Assembly: GCF_006345805.1 (NCBI RefSeq)
Contig: NC_043024.1
Location: 10,416,001 to 10,480,000 of the forward strand
Direction: 5' to 3'
Length of the DNA: 64,000 nucleotides
Source of the DNA: Octopus sinensis
Lineage: Eukaryota
The translations under genes and the position numbers were made by a program. Positions 13,265 to 26,814 of the stretch are shown here, piece by piece; positions within the stretch are counted from its first letter, which is position 1; each line of letters begins with the position of its first letter. The notes under the pieces are model-generated. The model had not been told where the DNA came from, did not search any database, and worked only from the letters and a program-made list of their open reading frames with translations.

Positions 13265-13725
13265 GGTGAAGGTGGCGAGCTGGCAGAAACGTTAGCCTGC
13301 TGGGTGAAATGCTTAGCGGTATTTCGTCAGCCATTGCGTCCTGAGTTCAAATTCCGCCGAGGTCAACTTTGCCTTTCATCCCTTCAGGGTTGATAAATTA
13401 AGTACCAGTTGTGTACAGGGGGCGATCTAACCGACTGGCCCCCTCCCCCAAAATTTCGGGCCTTGTGCCTAGAGTACAAAAGATTAATAAGGCGGCGAGC
13501 TGGCAGAAACGTTAGCATGCTGGGTGAAATGCTTAGCGGTATTTCGTCAGCCGTTGTGTCCTGAGTTCAAATTCCACCGAGGTCAACTTTGCCTTTCATC
13601 CTTTCGGGGGTTGATAAATAAAGTACCAGTTACGCACTGAGGGTCGATGTAATCAACTTAATACCTTTGTCTGTCCTTGTCTGTCCCCTCTGTGTTTAGC
13701 CCCTTGTGGGTAGTAAAGAAATATA
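13265..13725 (+). mobile_element. SINE family C, two adjacent copies (others at ~2440-2860, 10130-10320, 33500-33660, 43470-43715 minus, 49630-49850, 52715-52880)
   Basis: GGCGAGCTGGCAGAAACGTTAGC...GAGTTCAAATTCC...GACTTTGCCTTTCATCC..GGGGTCGATAAATTAAGTACCAG. Confidence 0.88.
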
Positions 13726-13755
13726 TATAACTGATTTGTCTTATTTTTTTTACAG

Positions 13756-13809
13756 GTCAGTATTGCTCTTAAATTCTACAAAGAGCTTCAAGAACATGGT
13801 GCTGATGCG
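13756..13809 (+). CDS. ARPC2: ARPC2 coding exon
   Basis: tacag|GTC AGT ATT...GAT GCG|gtaagt; VSIALKFYKELQEHGADA. Confidence 0.96.
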
Positions 13810-15069
13810 GTAAGTTGAGGTTTTTTTTTTTAGTCTTTCTTGGAATTTCAATAATTTGTTGAATAACCACGTAGTTTATTAAATAAGATGGTGGCAGTGG
13901 AGGGTGGCAAATTGGTTGACTGAGTCATTAGGGCATCAGAGAGAGTACTTTATAATACCTGGAAGTTTTCTGACTTACAAGCTTCAGTCAAGCCATCCAA
14001 CCCATGCCAGCATGTTAAATCATCATCGTTTAACGTCCGTTCTCCATGCTAGCATGGCTTGGACGGTTCAACTGGGGTCTGGGAAGCCAGAAGGCTGCAC
14101 CAGGCTCCAGTCTGATCTGGCAATGTTTCTACCGCTGGATGCCCTTCCTAACGCCAACCACTCCGTGAGTGTAGTGGGTACTTTTTACGTGCTACTGGCA
14201 CAGGGGCCAGGGGAGGCTGGTAAACGACCACGATCGGATGGTGCTTTTTATGTGCCACTGGCACGGAGGCCAGGTGAAGCTGGCAACGGCCATGATTGGA
14301 TGGTGCTTTTTACGTGCCACCGGCACAGGGGCCAGGCGAGGCTGGCAAATGGCCACGGTCGGATGGTGCTTTTTACGTGCCACCGGCATGGGGGCCAGGC
14401 GAGGCTGGCAACGGCCACGATCGGATGGTGCATTTTATGTGCTGGTAATGATGATGATGATGATTAATTCCTGCTTTCTGGATTCTGAGTTCAAATCCCA
14501 GCTGTGCCTTCGTCCTTCAGGTGGTTCATAAATATAGCCCCATTTCAGGGTAGCAGATTGGTCGAGTCTTTGGAACCTTGCAGTGTCTTCCTAGCTCTTT
14601 GCACGCAAATTCTACCTCAGTGATGCTGTCCAGTGCTAAATTACCCAACTTTAGGCACACCCTGTCAACCTCCCCTATTCCCTCATGGCTTAGGGTTAAT
14701 TGCCTCAGACACAACTTGTTCATTGTACTTTCAGGCTGACTTTGGGATGGAGAGAGTATATGTATATTAGTAAATATAAAGACCTGCTAATAGAAATTGA
14801 AAAAAATGTGGCATCTCAAGGTGATTGTAGGATCTCTAGGAATGATAAAAAAAGGTACTGAAACCTATTTGAAAATGATTCCAGGCTTACCATCCCTACA
14901 GGAAGTGCAAAAAATCATATTAACTGGAACAGCTCATGTACTGAGAAGAGCATTATCGCTGTGTAAACAACATCCATCCAGTTTTAAATACATATTTTGT
15001 CTGTGAATTGGCATGTCCCCTCTCAGATTCACACAGTGGTCCATCAGTTTTTGTAAGCCTTGTATATAT

Positions 15070-15111
<42 letters not shown>

Positions 15112-15491
15112 AAAAAGACCCCCGAGTTCATATCCAACTTAATTTCATTATCGGAGTTTACTCCTTTAGATGTTACAGTTAACAGGCATTCTCAGGCAGC
15201 GAGGGTTTATGTCCAGAGCTTCCCCCTTGTCTGGTTACCTTGCAAAGCCCCCTACACTGGCCATACTACCAGGGCTGCGGAGTCGGAGTCAGAAACAATT
15301 AAGGGGTGGCTGGAATCAGAGCTGGTAAAACTTTATCGACCCTGATTCCAACTCACAATATTCTTTAATATAAACCAGTTATAACATAAAGGCCTACTCA
15401 AAGTACAAGCGTATGCATTGGTTTATGAGATATGTAGACCACAATCGCTTTATTATTGTTATTGTTATTATTATTATTATATTTTTTACAG

Positions 15492-15537
15492 CTTATCCGG
15501 CGAGAATATGGAGATTATTTAACAGATCCAGAAGAAG
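15492..15537 (+). CDS. ARPC2: ARPC2 coding exon
   Basis: tacag|CTT ATC CGG...GAA GAA G|gtcagt; LIRREYGDYLTDPEE(G). Confidence 0.93.
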
Positions 15538-15555
15538 GTCAGTACCCTAAAGATT

Positions 15556-17820
15556 TTGCCTTTCATCCTTTCGGGGTCGATAAATTAAGTACCAGTTATG
15601 CACTGGGGTCGATATAATCGACCTAATCTTGTTTTTCTGTCCTTGTTTGTCCCTTCTGTGTTTAGCCCCTTGTGGGTAGTAAAGAAATAGGTATTTCGTC
15701 TGCCACTACGTTCTGAGTTCAAATTCCGCCGAGTTCGACTTTACCTTTCATCCTTTCAGGGTCGATTAAATAAGTACTAGTTAGTCACTGGGGTCAATGT
15801 AATCGACTTAATACCTATGTCTGTCCTTGTTTGTCCCCTCTGTGTTTAGCCCCTTGTGGGTAGTAAAGAAATAGGTATTTCAACTGCTGTTACGTTCTGA
15901 GTTCAAATTCCACCGAGGTCGACTTTGCCTTTTATCCTTTCGGGGTCGATATAATCGACTTAATCGTTTGTCTGTCCTTGTTTGTCCCCTGTGTTTTAGT
16001 CTATGTGGTAGTAAAGAAAAGTATTTCGTCTGCCGCTACGTCTGAGTTCAAATTCCACCGAGGTCGACTTTGCCTTTTATCCTTTCGGGGTCGATATAAT
16101 CGACTTAATCCGTTTGTCTGTCCTTGTTTGTCCCCTCTGTGTTTAGTCCCTGTGGGTAGTAAAGAAATAGGTATTTCGTCTGCCGCTACGTTCTGAGTTC
16201 AAATTCCACCGAGGTCGACTTTGCCTTTTATCCTTTCGGGGTCGATATAATCGACTTAATCCGTTTGTCTGTCCTTGTTTGTCCCCTCTGTGTTTAGTCC
16301 CTGTGGGTAGTAAAGAAATAGGTATTTCGTCTGCCGCTACGTTCTGAGTTCAAATTCCACCGAGGTCGACTTTGCCTTTTATCCTTTCGGGGTCGATATA
16401 ATCGACTTAATCCGTCTGTCTGTCCTTGTTTGTCCTCTCTGTATTTAGCCCCTGTGGGTAGTAAAGAAATAGGTATTTCGTCTGCCGCTACGTTCTGAGT
16501 TCAAAATTCCACGAGGTCGACTTTGCCTTTTATCTTTCGGGGTCGATATAATCGACTTAATCCGTTTGTCTTTCCTTGTTTGTTCCCTCTGTGTTTAGTC
16601 CCTGGGGTAGTAAAGAAATAGGTATTTCGTCTGCCGCTACGTTCTGAGTTCAAATTCCACCGAGGTCGACTTTGCCTTTTATCCTTTCGGGGTCGATATA
16701 ATCGACTTAATCCGTTGTCTGTCCTGTTTGTCCCCCCTGTGTTAGTCCCTGTGGGTAGTAAAGAATAGGTATTTCGTCTGCCGCTACGTTCTGAGTTCAA
16801 ATTTCACCGAGGTCGACTTTGCCTTTATCTTTCGGGGTCGATATAAATCACTTAATCCGTTTGTCTGTCCTTGTTTGTCCTCTCTGTATTTAGCCCCTGT
16901 GGGTAGTAAAGAAATAGGTATTTCGTCTGCCGCTACGTTCTGAGTTCAAATTCCACCGAGGTCGACTTTGCCTTTTATCCTTTCGGGGTCGATATAATCG
17001 ACTTAATCCGTCTGTCTGTCCTTGTTTGTCCTCTCTGTATTTAGCCCCTGTGGGTAGTAAAGAAATAGGTATTTCGTCTGCCGCTACGTTCTGAGTTCAA
17101 ATTCCACCGAGGTCGACTTTGCCTTTTATCCTTTCGGGGTCGATATAATTGACTTAATCCGTCTGTCTGTCCTTGTTTGTCCTCTCTGTATTTAGCCCCT
17201 GTGGGTAGTAAAGAAATAGGTATTTCGTCTGCCGCTACGTTCTGAGTTCAAATTCCACCGAGGTCGACTTTGCCTTTTATCCTTTCGGGGTCGATATAAT
17301 CGACTTAATTCGTTTGTCTGTCTTGTTTGTTCCCTCTGTGTTAGTCCCTGGGTAGTAAAGAAATAGGTATTTCGTCTGCCGCTACGTCTGAGTTCAAATT
17401 CCACCGAGGTCGACTTGCCTTTTATCCTTTCGGGGTCGATATAATCGACTTAATCCGTTTGTCTGTCCTTGTTTGTCCCCTCTGTGTTTAGTCCCTGTGG
17501 GTAGTAAAGAAATAGGTATTTCGTCTGCCGCTACGTTCTGAGTTCAAATTCCACCGAGGTCGACTTTGCCTTTTATCCTTTCGGGGTCGATATAATCGAC
17601 TTAATCCGTTTGTCTGTCCTTGTTTGTCCCCTCTGTGTTTAGTCCCTGTGGGTAGTAAAGAAATAGGTATTTCGTCTGCCGCTACGTTCTGAGTTCAAAT
17701 TCCACCGAGGTCGACTTTACCTTTTATCCTTTCGGGGTCGATATAATCAACTTAATCCCTTTGTCTGTCCTTGTTTGTCCTCTCTGTATTTAGCCCCTTG
17801 TGGGTAGTAAAGAAATAGGT
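15556..17820 (+). repeat. Tandem array of SINE-derived units, about 13 x ~150 bp plus one full 184-bp unit
   Basis: GTATTTCGTCTGCCG restarts at 16021, 16171, 16322, 16473, 16622, 16769, 16918, 17069, 17220, 17367, 17516, 17667. Confidence 0.95.
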
Positions 17821-17936
17821 AATTGACTAGACCCTTTTCTCCAAAAGATTTCTAGGCTTAGAGTAGAAAGAATTGTTGTTGATGCATTTTGTCTTCACTA
17901 TATTGATTTTTTTCTCTTGTTTTTATTTCTATTTAG

Positions 17937-18123
17937 GCTATAATATATCATTACTCTATGACCTGGAGAACATTCCCTCTGACTATGAAGAAGTCATCAA
18001 GGCAGCTGCCCTCCTCAAGAGGAATTGCTTTGCATCAGTTTTTGAGAAGTACTTTCAGTTTCAAGAGAGGGGCGAGTCTGGACATAAAAGAGCCGTCATT
18101 CATTACCGAGATGAAGAAACCAT
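17937..18123 (+). CDS. ARPC2: ARPC2 coding exon
   Basis: tttag|GC TAT AAT...ACC AT|gtaagt; [11 protein letters not shown]...[17 protein letters not shown]...[11 protein letters not shown](M). Confidence 0.97.
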
Positions 18124-18985
18124 GTAAGTTCCTGCCTCTTCGATATCCTCTTTTTTATTTTCAGCACCATCCGAATCGTGGCCGAAGCCAGCGCCGCCTC
18201 GACTGGCTTCCGTACAGGTGGCACGTAAAATGCACCAATCCGACCGTGGCCGATGCCAGCCTCTCCTGGCACCTGTGCCGGTGGCACTTAAAAAGCACCC
18301 ACTAGACTCACGGAGTGGTTGGCGTTAGGAAGGGCATCCAGCTGTAGAAACACTGCCAGATCAGACTGGAGCCTGGTGCAGCCTTCTGGCTTCCCAGATC
18401 CCCGGTCGAACCGTCCAACCCATGCTAGCATGGAGAACGGACGTTAAACGATGATTATGATGATAAAGGGTTGGTCAGCCCACAAATCTAACAGATGATG
18501 TGCACTCAAACCTGGTCAATCCATTTTAGCGCTTGATCCCTATTAAGGACAAGGTGAAACAGCATCATCATCATCTTCGCTTAACGTCCGTTTTCCATGC
18601 TAGCATGGGTTTGATGATTTGACTGAGGACTGGCGAACCAGATGGCTGCACCAGGCTCCAATCTATTTCTCACTGTCCAACGTCGAATGCATAAACAGAG
18701 CCTGAAGATTGCTTGGAGCACCTCAACGAATTCCATCCGACCCACGAAAGCAAGGAAAAATGATGATGATGATGATGATGATGATACCTGTGACTGCATT
18801 ACGCATATGCAGTCAGCTGTGATTTGAGGTAGGGGTGGGGTGGTGGATTTGGCTGCTATTTCTTGCAGATTGATAAACCACTTAAAGGTTTCCATTTTGA
18901 CTTCTCACATTTTGTTACTGTTGTTGTTGTTGTTGTTATCAGAGATTATTTTCAAATGTTTTTTGCTGTTTTTATTTCTTTCCAG

Positions 18986-19079
18986 GTACATAGATGCACA
19001 GAAGGATCGAGTGACAGTAATCTTCAGCACAGTCTTTAAGGATGATTCTGACATCATCATTGGCAAAGTGTTTATGCAG
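18986..19079 (+). CDS. ARPC2: ARPC2 coding exon
   Basis: tccag|G TAC ATA...ATG CAG|gtaagg; [31 protein letters not shown]. Confidence 0.97.
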
Positions 19080-19099
19080 GTAAGGAGGGCAGCGACAGC

Positions 19100-19530
19100 A
19101 CCACCACTCACACACTCACTCACTCACATACTCATACGCTCACTCACTCACTCACTCACTCACTCACCACACAATCACACTCATTCAAAAACACACACAC
19201 ACACACACACACTCTCACTCACTCACACACTCGCTCACTCACTCCCACACACACTCACTCACTGACATACTCACACACACACACACACACACTCACACAT
19301 TCACTCACGCTCACACACACTCACACACTCACTCACTCACTCACACACAATCACACTCATTCACACACACACTCACCCACACACACTCTCACTCACTCAC
19401 ACATTCACTCACACTCACTCACTCACACACACACTCACTCACTCACTCACTCACTCACACACACTCACACTCATTCACACTCACACTCACTCACACACAC
19501 ACACACACACACACACCACACACACACACA
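19100..19530. repeat. (CACT)n/(CA)n microsatellite
   Basis: Direct inspection. Confidence 0.93.
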
Positions 19531-20771
19531 CGGACAAAAATTCCAACTTTGGATTTGTCAGAAACTGGTAGTGAAGAGACAAAGTGATAGAAGCACCAAA
19601 CCAAATCCCTGCAATATTTGCTCCAGTTTTTTCTTGACATTCAGAGATCAAATTTCACCCAGATCAACTTTACCTTTCATCTTCCCAAGGTCTGCAAAGT
19701 ACCAGTCATTAACTGGAATTAATGTAACTGATCAACCCAATGCCTTCAAATTTTAAAATAGTAAGATCGTTGCCAGAGCAACAAGCTGGCCTTCGTGCCG
19801 ATGGCACGTTTAGCACACCATTCCAGCGTGATCGTTACCGCGTCGCCTTACTAGCACTTGTGCTGGTGGCACGTGAAACATTCAAGTAAGGTCGTCGCCA
19901 GTGTCGCTGGGCTAGCTCCTGTGCAGGCGGCACATAAAATGCATCATTTTGGGCATGGCCGTTGCCAGTACCACCAAACTGGCCCTCGTGCTGGTGGCAT
20001 GTAAAAGCACATACTACACTCTCGGAGTGGTTGGTGTTAGGAAGGGCATCCAGCTGTAGAAACTCTGCCAGATCAGATTGGAGCCTGGTGCAGCCATCTG
20101 GTTCGCCAGCCCTCATTCAAATCATCCAACCCATGCTAGCATGGAAAGCGGACGTTAAATGATGATGATGATATATATATATATAGGACTATCACATTCT
20201 GTTGGCAAATAAACTTTATTATTCAGTGTCTCACTCAGAGATTTAAAACTAACTGTTTTTCTCTTTATGAGATGAGCGACTGTGTGTTGCTTAAAAAGTA
20301 TATAGCATAAGCACCCTGAGAAAACCCTCATCACCAGCCTGTGATTATCTCGCACCAAGGACAGGAATGAACCCAGAAACCTAGGTCTGTGAGTACCACA
20401 AAGGCTAAAGATGTGAGCAATGACCTCCCTTGCTAATACTATGTAAACACAAAGTGTGTGTCCATAGCTAGCATGGAAAGCGGACGTTAAACGATGGTGA
20501 TGATGATGATGATGGTGATGATGATGTATATTCCCTGCCTGGATGGGACCCCAATCCGTTGCAGGATTACTCATTTATTTATGCATTATGTTGTAGCCAT
20601 AAGATTTTGAAGGGATAACTTAATTTTTAGAATGATATTGTAGGGTTGCCGTGAGGGGTCAGCTCTGGCCAGTTTGATGATAAAACAGAAAATTTTGGCT
20701 GGATATGACCGGTTTAAATGCTAAAGGGTTAAAAAAAAATCAACTCAAGTTTTTCATTATTTGCTCGACAG

Positions 20772-20898
20772 GAGTTCAAAGAAGGCCGCCGCAAATACCA
20801 ACAGGCCCCTCAAGTGTTGTTCAGTCACAAAAACCCCCCACAGGAGCTGCAGAACACGGACGCTTCAGTCGGAGACAATATTGGCTATATAACATTTG
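20772..20898 (+). CDS. ARPC2: ARPC2 coding exon
   Basis: gacag|GAG TTC AAA...ACA TTT G|gtaagc; [42 protein letters not shown]. Confidence 0.97.
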
Positions 20899-21883
20899 GT
20901 AAGCTAATATATTCCTTTGTATGACTTCTTCACCTCTCAGAAACTTCCCTACCTGCATCCAATGTTCTGTGATGGCATGTGACCCAGTGGTTAGGACATT
21001 GGACTCATGATTATACGATCATGGTTTCGATTCCTGGACTGGGCAGTAAGTTACCTTCTTCCCTCTCGAGTCATAGCGAATCATAAGGGCCGATTTCCCA
21101 GTTAGCGAGGTTGTTGCCAGTACCGCCTGACTGGCCCCCATGCCGGTGGCACGTAAAAAGCACCCACTACACTCTCGGAGTGGTTGGCATCAGGAAGGGC
21201 ATCCAGCTGTAGAAACTCTGCCAGATCAAGGCTGGAGCCTAGTGCAGCCACCTAGTTCGCCAGCCCTCAGTCAAACTCTGCCATATCAAGATTGGAGCCT
21301 GATGCAGCCATCTGGTTCGCCAGCCCTCAGTCAAACTGTCTAACCCATGCTAGCATGGAAAGCGGACGTTAAACGATGATGATGTGTATATTCCCCACCT
21401 GGATGGGACCCCAATCCATCGCAGGATTACTCATTTTTGTCAGCTGAGTGGACTGGAGCCACATGAAATGAAGTGTTTTGGTCAAGAACATAATGCATTG
21501 TCTGGTCCAAGAATTGAAACCACAATTTTACGATCGTGTGTCCGACACCCTAACCACTAAGCCACGTTCCTCTACTTGGCAGTGGATTGTGGTCTTGAGC
21601 AAGACTTTTCATTTCATATTGCTCCAATCCACACACTAGCATCCATTCAGTGACGATGACGAGGGTTCCAGTTGAACCGATCAACAGAACAGCCTGCTCA
21701 TGGAATTAACGTACAAGTGGCTGAGTACTCCAGAGACATACTCATGCTGGTGACATAAAAAAGGCAGAATTTCCATTTAATTTGATGCCCATTTTGGCCC
21801 ACGTGTGGAGAGACCAAACCAGAATACCAAACATTCTGTTAGTTTAGGCTGAAAGTCACCACATTCATAAATGTTGTCTACAT

Positions 21884-22029
<146 letters not shown>

Positions 22030-22755
22030 TATACTCTTTTACTTTTTACTTGTTTCAGTCTTTGACTGCGGCCATGCTGGAGCACACCGCCTTTAGTGAG
22101 CAAATCGACCCCGGGACTTATTCTTTGTAAGCCCAGTATTTATTCTATTGGTCTCTTTTGCCGAACCGCTAGGTGACGGGGACGTAAACACACCGCATCG
22201 GTTGTCAAGCAATGCTAGGGGGACAAACACAGACACAAAAACACAACACACATACATATATATACATATATACGCAGGCTTCTTTCAGTTCTGTCCACCA
22301 AATCCACTCACAAGGCATTGGTCAGCCCGGGGCTATAGCAGAAGACACTTGCCCAAGATGCCACGCAGTGGGACTGAACCCAGAACCATGTGGTTGGTTA
22401 GCAAGCTACTTACCACACAAATTAGAACATGGTGCAGCTCTCAAGGTTGCCAGCTCTGGTAAAACCATCTAACCCATGCCAGCATAGGAAACGGATTTTT
22501 ATGGATAACGAGTGCATTGTTTATGTATGCTTAATGTGTTAATAAATTGGTGCACCAGATATAAAATACCTTGTGATATTTGTTCTGCCTATGTTACACG
22601 ATACTCCCATGTTGATAATCTAACGAGCGATCCATTGGAGATTTATAACCTTTGATACTCCTTCGTTAATACATGATATAGAAGACAATATGATGATGAT
22701 GATGATTGTATTGTTGTTGTTGGTGTTTATTATTATTTTTTTTTCTTTCCTTCAG

Positions 22756-22856
22756 TTCTTTTCCCACGTCACACAAACGACAGCAGCCGAGGTAATACTA
22801 TTAACTTGATCCACACATTGAGAGATTACCTGCACTACCATATTAAATGTTCCAAG
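22756..22856 (+). CDS. ARPC2: ARPC2 coding exon
   Basis: ttcag|TT CTT TTC CCA...TCC AAG|gtgagc; (V)[33 protein letters not shown]. Confidence 0.97.
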
Positions 22857-22873
22857 GTGAGCGATGCCATCTC

Positions 22874-22918
<45 letters not shown>

Positions 22919-23174
22919 ATGATTAATGTGTAAAGGAAGTTAGGGAGAGATAGTGAGAGCAATGAATTCTGGGATAGAATTGGTTCTATTGGATACTTCT
23001 AGTTAGATGTTGGTATCTAGGTTTGGGGTGATGCAAAAACGAAAATAGAATTCAAGACATGAGTATATATATATATATACATACATACATGAGTATATAT
23101 ATATATACATACATACATGAGTATATATATATATACATACATACAGATATATATATATATATATATATTACATA

Positions 23175-23564
23175 CTAGCAGGATCGCCCGCTGTTGCTCG
23201 GGTTTATTTCGACCCTTTAGAATTGGAATTTTTGAAAAATAATAATTTTGCATTATGTAGCTTGTTATTCTCTTTAAGTGAACATTTTTCTGGTTGAAAT
23301 ACACTGAAAAATGGCAACACAGCAGTAAAAAAATCGTAAAAAATAGGGATTTTCATAGAAAAAAAGCACCTTTTTGATGTAAATAATTTTTGGTGTTAAC
23401 ATGGTCCGATTTGAATTTTATCTTCTACGGAAGAAAGAGCAAGCCTTCTTCTATCATACTCTCAATTTTGGTCAACTTGTGCCACAGGGTCACGGAGGAG
23501 ATAGTGTTAGTTGAAGGCTACCAAACCTGCCATACACAGACAACTTCAGCTTTATATATATAGA
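23175..23564 (-). mobile_element. Non-autonomous Helitron
   Basis: Minus strand A|TCTATATAT...CCCGAGCAACAGCGGG...CTAG|T. Confidence 0.8.
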
Positions 23565-24244
23565 TTGGGTGAAGTTACAGAGTGACTTGAGGGATGAGAG
23601 TTTCGTGCATTGGCCCTTATTTTTAGTTGAATGAATCAACACCAGTACTTATTTTCCTTTTAAGCCTGGTCCTTATTCTATCAGTCTCTTTTGCTAAACC
23701 ACTAAGTTACGTAGACATAAACAAACCAATACTGGTTGTGAAACTATGGTGAGGGGGACACACACACTTACATACACATATATTATGGGCTTCTTTCAGT
23801 TTCTGTCTACCAGATCCACTGACAAGGCGTTGGTTGACCCAAGGCTGTAGAGTAGAAGACACTTGCCCAAGGTCCCACATTGTGGGATTGAACCCAGAAC
23901 CATGTGGTTAGGAAGCAAGCTTCTTACCGCACAGCCATGTCTGTGCCTTTTTACCACACAGCCACCATTATGGCTGGGATATAAATGAAATCCTCTTGAT
24001 TTCAAACCACTTGGATGAGTGCCAGTGCATGAAACTGTTGGCTCTTGAGTCACTGTAACTTCTGCCTGTTATTAATAAAAATATATCCATAGATGATGTG
24101 AAAATGATGGTGTAGAATGGAGGTGATTATGCAGATAAACAAATTAGATATATTAAATATAACTTTAATACCAACAGCTGTTTCTGGGGGCTCAGACTGC
24201 CATCATAATGCTGGTAGATGTAATTCATTGTAGTACATTAAGGT

Positions 24245-25390
24245 AGTGAGCTGGCAGAAACGTTAGCATGCCGGGCGAAATGCTTAGCGATATTTCATCT
24301 GTCTTTACATTCTGAGTTCAAATTCCGCCGAGGTTGGCTTTGCCTTTCATCCTTTCGGGGACAATAAATTAAGTACCAGTTACACACTGGGGTCGATGTA
24401 ATCGACTTAATCCATTTGTTTCTTCTTGTTTGTCCCTTCTGTGTTTAGCCCCTTGTGGGCAGTAAAGAAATAGGTATTTCGTCTGCCGTTACATTCTGAG
24501 TTCAAATTCTGCCGAGGTCGACTTTGCCTCTCATCCTTTTGGGGACAATAAATTAAGTACCAGTTACACACTGGGGTCGATGTAATCGACTTAATCCATT
24601 TGTTTCTTCTTGTTTGTCCCTTCTGTGTTTAGCCCCTTGTGGGCAGTAAAGAAATAGGTATTTCGTCTGCCGTTACATTCTGAGTTCAAATTCTGCCGAG
24701 GTCGACTTTGCCTCTCATCCTTTTGGGGACAATAAATTAAGTACCAGTTACACACTGGGGTCGATGTAATCGACTTAATCCATTTGTTTCTTCTTGTTTG
24801 TCCCTTCTGTGTTTAGCCCCTTGTGGGCAGTAAAGAAATAGGTATTTCGTCTGCCGTTACATTCTGAGTTCAAATTCTGCCGAGGTCGACTTTGCCTCTC
24901 ATCCTTTTGGGGACAATAAATTAAGTACCAGTTACACACTGGGGTCGATGTAATCGACTTAATCCATTTGTCTGTCCTAGTTTAGCCCCTCTGTGTTTAG
25001 CCCCTTGTGGGTAGTAAAGAAATAGGTATTTCGTCTGTCTTCACGTTCTGAGTTCAAATTCCGCCAAGGTCGACTTTGCCTTTCATCCTTCCGAGGTCAA
25101 TTAAATAAGTACCAGTTACGCACTGGGGTCGATATAATCGACTTAATCCATATGTCTGTCCTTGTTTGTCCTCTCTGTGTTTAGCCCCTTGTGGGTAGTA
25201 AAGAAATATATATTTCATCTGTCTTTAGGTTCTGAGTTCAAATTCCGCCAAGGTTGGCTTTGCCTTTCATCCTTTCGGGGTCGATAAAATAAATACCAGT
25301 CATGCACTGGGGTTGATGTAATCGACTTAATCCCTTTGTCTGTCCTAGTTTGTCCCCTCTATGTTTAGCCCCTTGTGGGCAATAAAGAAA
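24245..25390 (+). repeat. Tandem array of the same SINE family, 6 x ~184 bp
   Basis: Unit starts near 24290, 24474, 24658, 24842, 25026, 25210. Confidence 0.93.
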
Positions 25391-25468
25391 TAAGATATAA
25401 TTCATTGCAATATGTGACAGTAATGGACGCAATCAACATAGGATAAATTGAACCTCTGTTATGTATAA

Positions 25469-25775
25469 CTAGCAGTATCGCCTGGCGTTGCTCGGGTTTG
25501 TAAGGGAAATAACTATATAAGCATTTTTAGAGAGTTACTTCTCTTATATAAACCGAGCAAAAAATGCATTAAAAAACGAAAAAATGATGGTAAATTTTTT
25601 TTTTAAATCGTAGACTCATTGTAGACGCGCGCTAATACCCAGAAGGGCTCGATATGAATCACGACTATAAGATACCCGGTTTTGGTTAAACTGCACCGCA
25701 AAATGTGGGAGTAGTTAGGAATCTAAATCGGAGGAGACAGACTCTCACACAACTTTAGTTTTATATATATAAAGA
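25469..25775 (-). mobile_element. Non-autonomous Helitron
   Basis: Minus strand A|TCTTTATAT...CCCGAGCAACGCCAGG...CTAG|T. Confidence 0.8.
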
Positions 25776-25857
25776 TGTGTGTGTGTGTTTTGTATTATTC
25801 TTCCTTCTCCCTGTTCACGTATCCATTTTCTTTCCATATTCCTCCATCTCCAAACAG

Positions 25858-25958
25858 GCATATATTCACTCAAGAATGCGAGCCAAAACCTCTGATTTTC
25901 TCAAAGTCTTGAACAGAGCCCGGCCGGAACCTAAAGTAGTTGAGAAGAAGACCATTTC
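25858..25958 (+). CDS. ARPC2: ARPC2 coding exon
   Basis: aacag|GCA TAT ATT...ATT TC|gtaagt; AYIHSRMRAKTSDFLKVLNRARPEPKVVEKKTI(S). Confidence 0.97.
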
Positions 25959-26814
25959 GTAAGTATTGCGTGTGTTTAATTTTTGCTTTCCTTGAAAGTT
26001 AGGGTTGTTTTTTGTTTTTTTTTCTTGATTAGGGCATTTAAAAATATTTTATGAATTCATTATATATATATATTCTTTGGGGTTTGGATAATTAACCTTT
26101 GGAAACATGGGTGGTTCATTCAACATCTTTATACAATCCTTATTCAGGGACCTTTTGAGCGGGATGGGTTACTCAAACTGAAAAAATTCTAACTGGGCCC
26201 CACCTGCAAGGTCATGCGCTGTTTATCTTGATATGAGATCACCATGTCGTGCACATATGGTTGTGATGCATGTGCCTGGTGTACCTTTATCAGAAGAGTA
26301 GTCATGATGGGTATACTGGGCTTCGTATATTTTACCCCAGTGTCACTTTGATGGTATACACTGCTCTCTCACTCAATAATAATAATAATAATAACTTATT
26401 TTATCACTGCCAAGAGGATGAACAGCCATAAAGATGGATGAAATGTCACTAGGTGCAGGAGTGGCTGTGTGGTAAGTAGCTTGCTTACCAACCACATGGT
26501 TCTGGGTTCAGTCTCACTATGTGGCACCTTGGCCAAGTGTCTTTCCACTATAGCCTCGGGCCGACCAAAGCCTTGTGAGTGGATTTAGTAGACGGAAACT
26601 GAAAGAAACCCGTTGTGTATATGTATATGGCATGCACTGCTCTCTCACTCAATAATAATAATAATAATGGCAGGACAAGTGAGACCATAACCCGTGGCCT
26701 CTACCTGGGATGTAGCGAGTCCACTTATGCATACCTTTCCTTCTTGTGACACAAACCCTACTTGTGAAGACCTGTTGAGGCAAGTGAAAATGAAAATGAA
26801 AATCAAAATCGATC

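Noticed and set aside
15556-17820. CRISPR-like regular array
   Set aside because: Units are near-identical SINE fragments with no unique spacers; eukaryotic context, no cas genes
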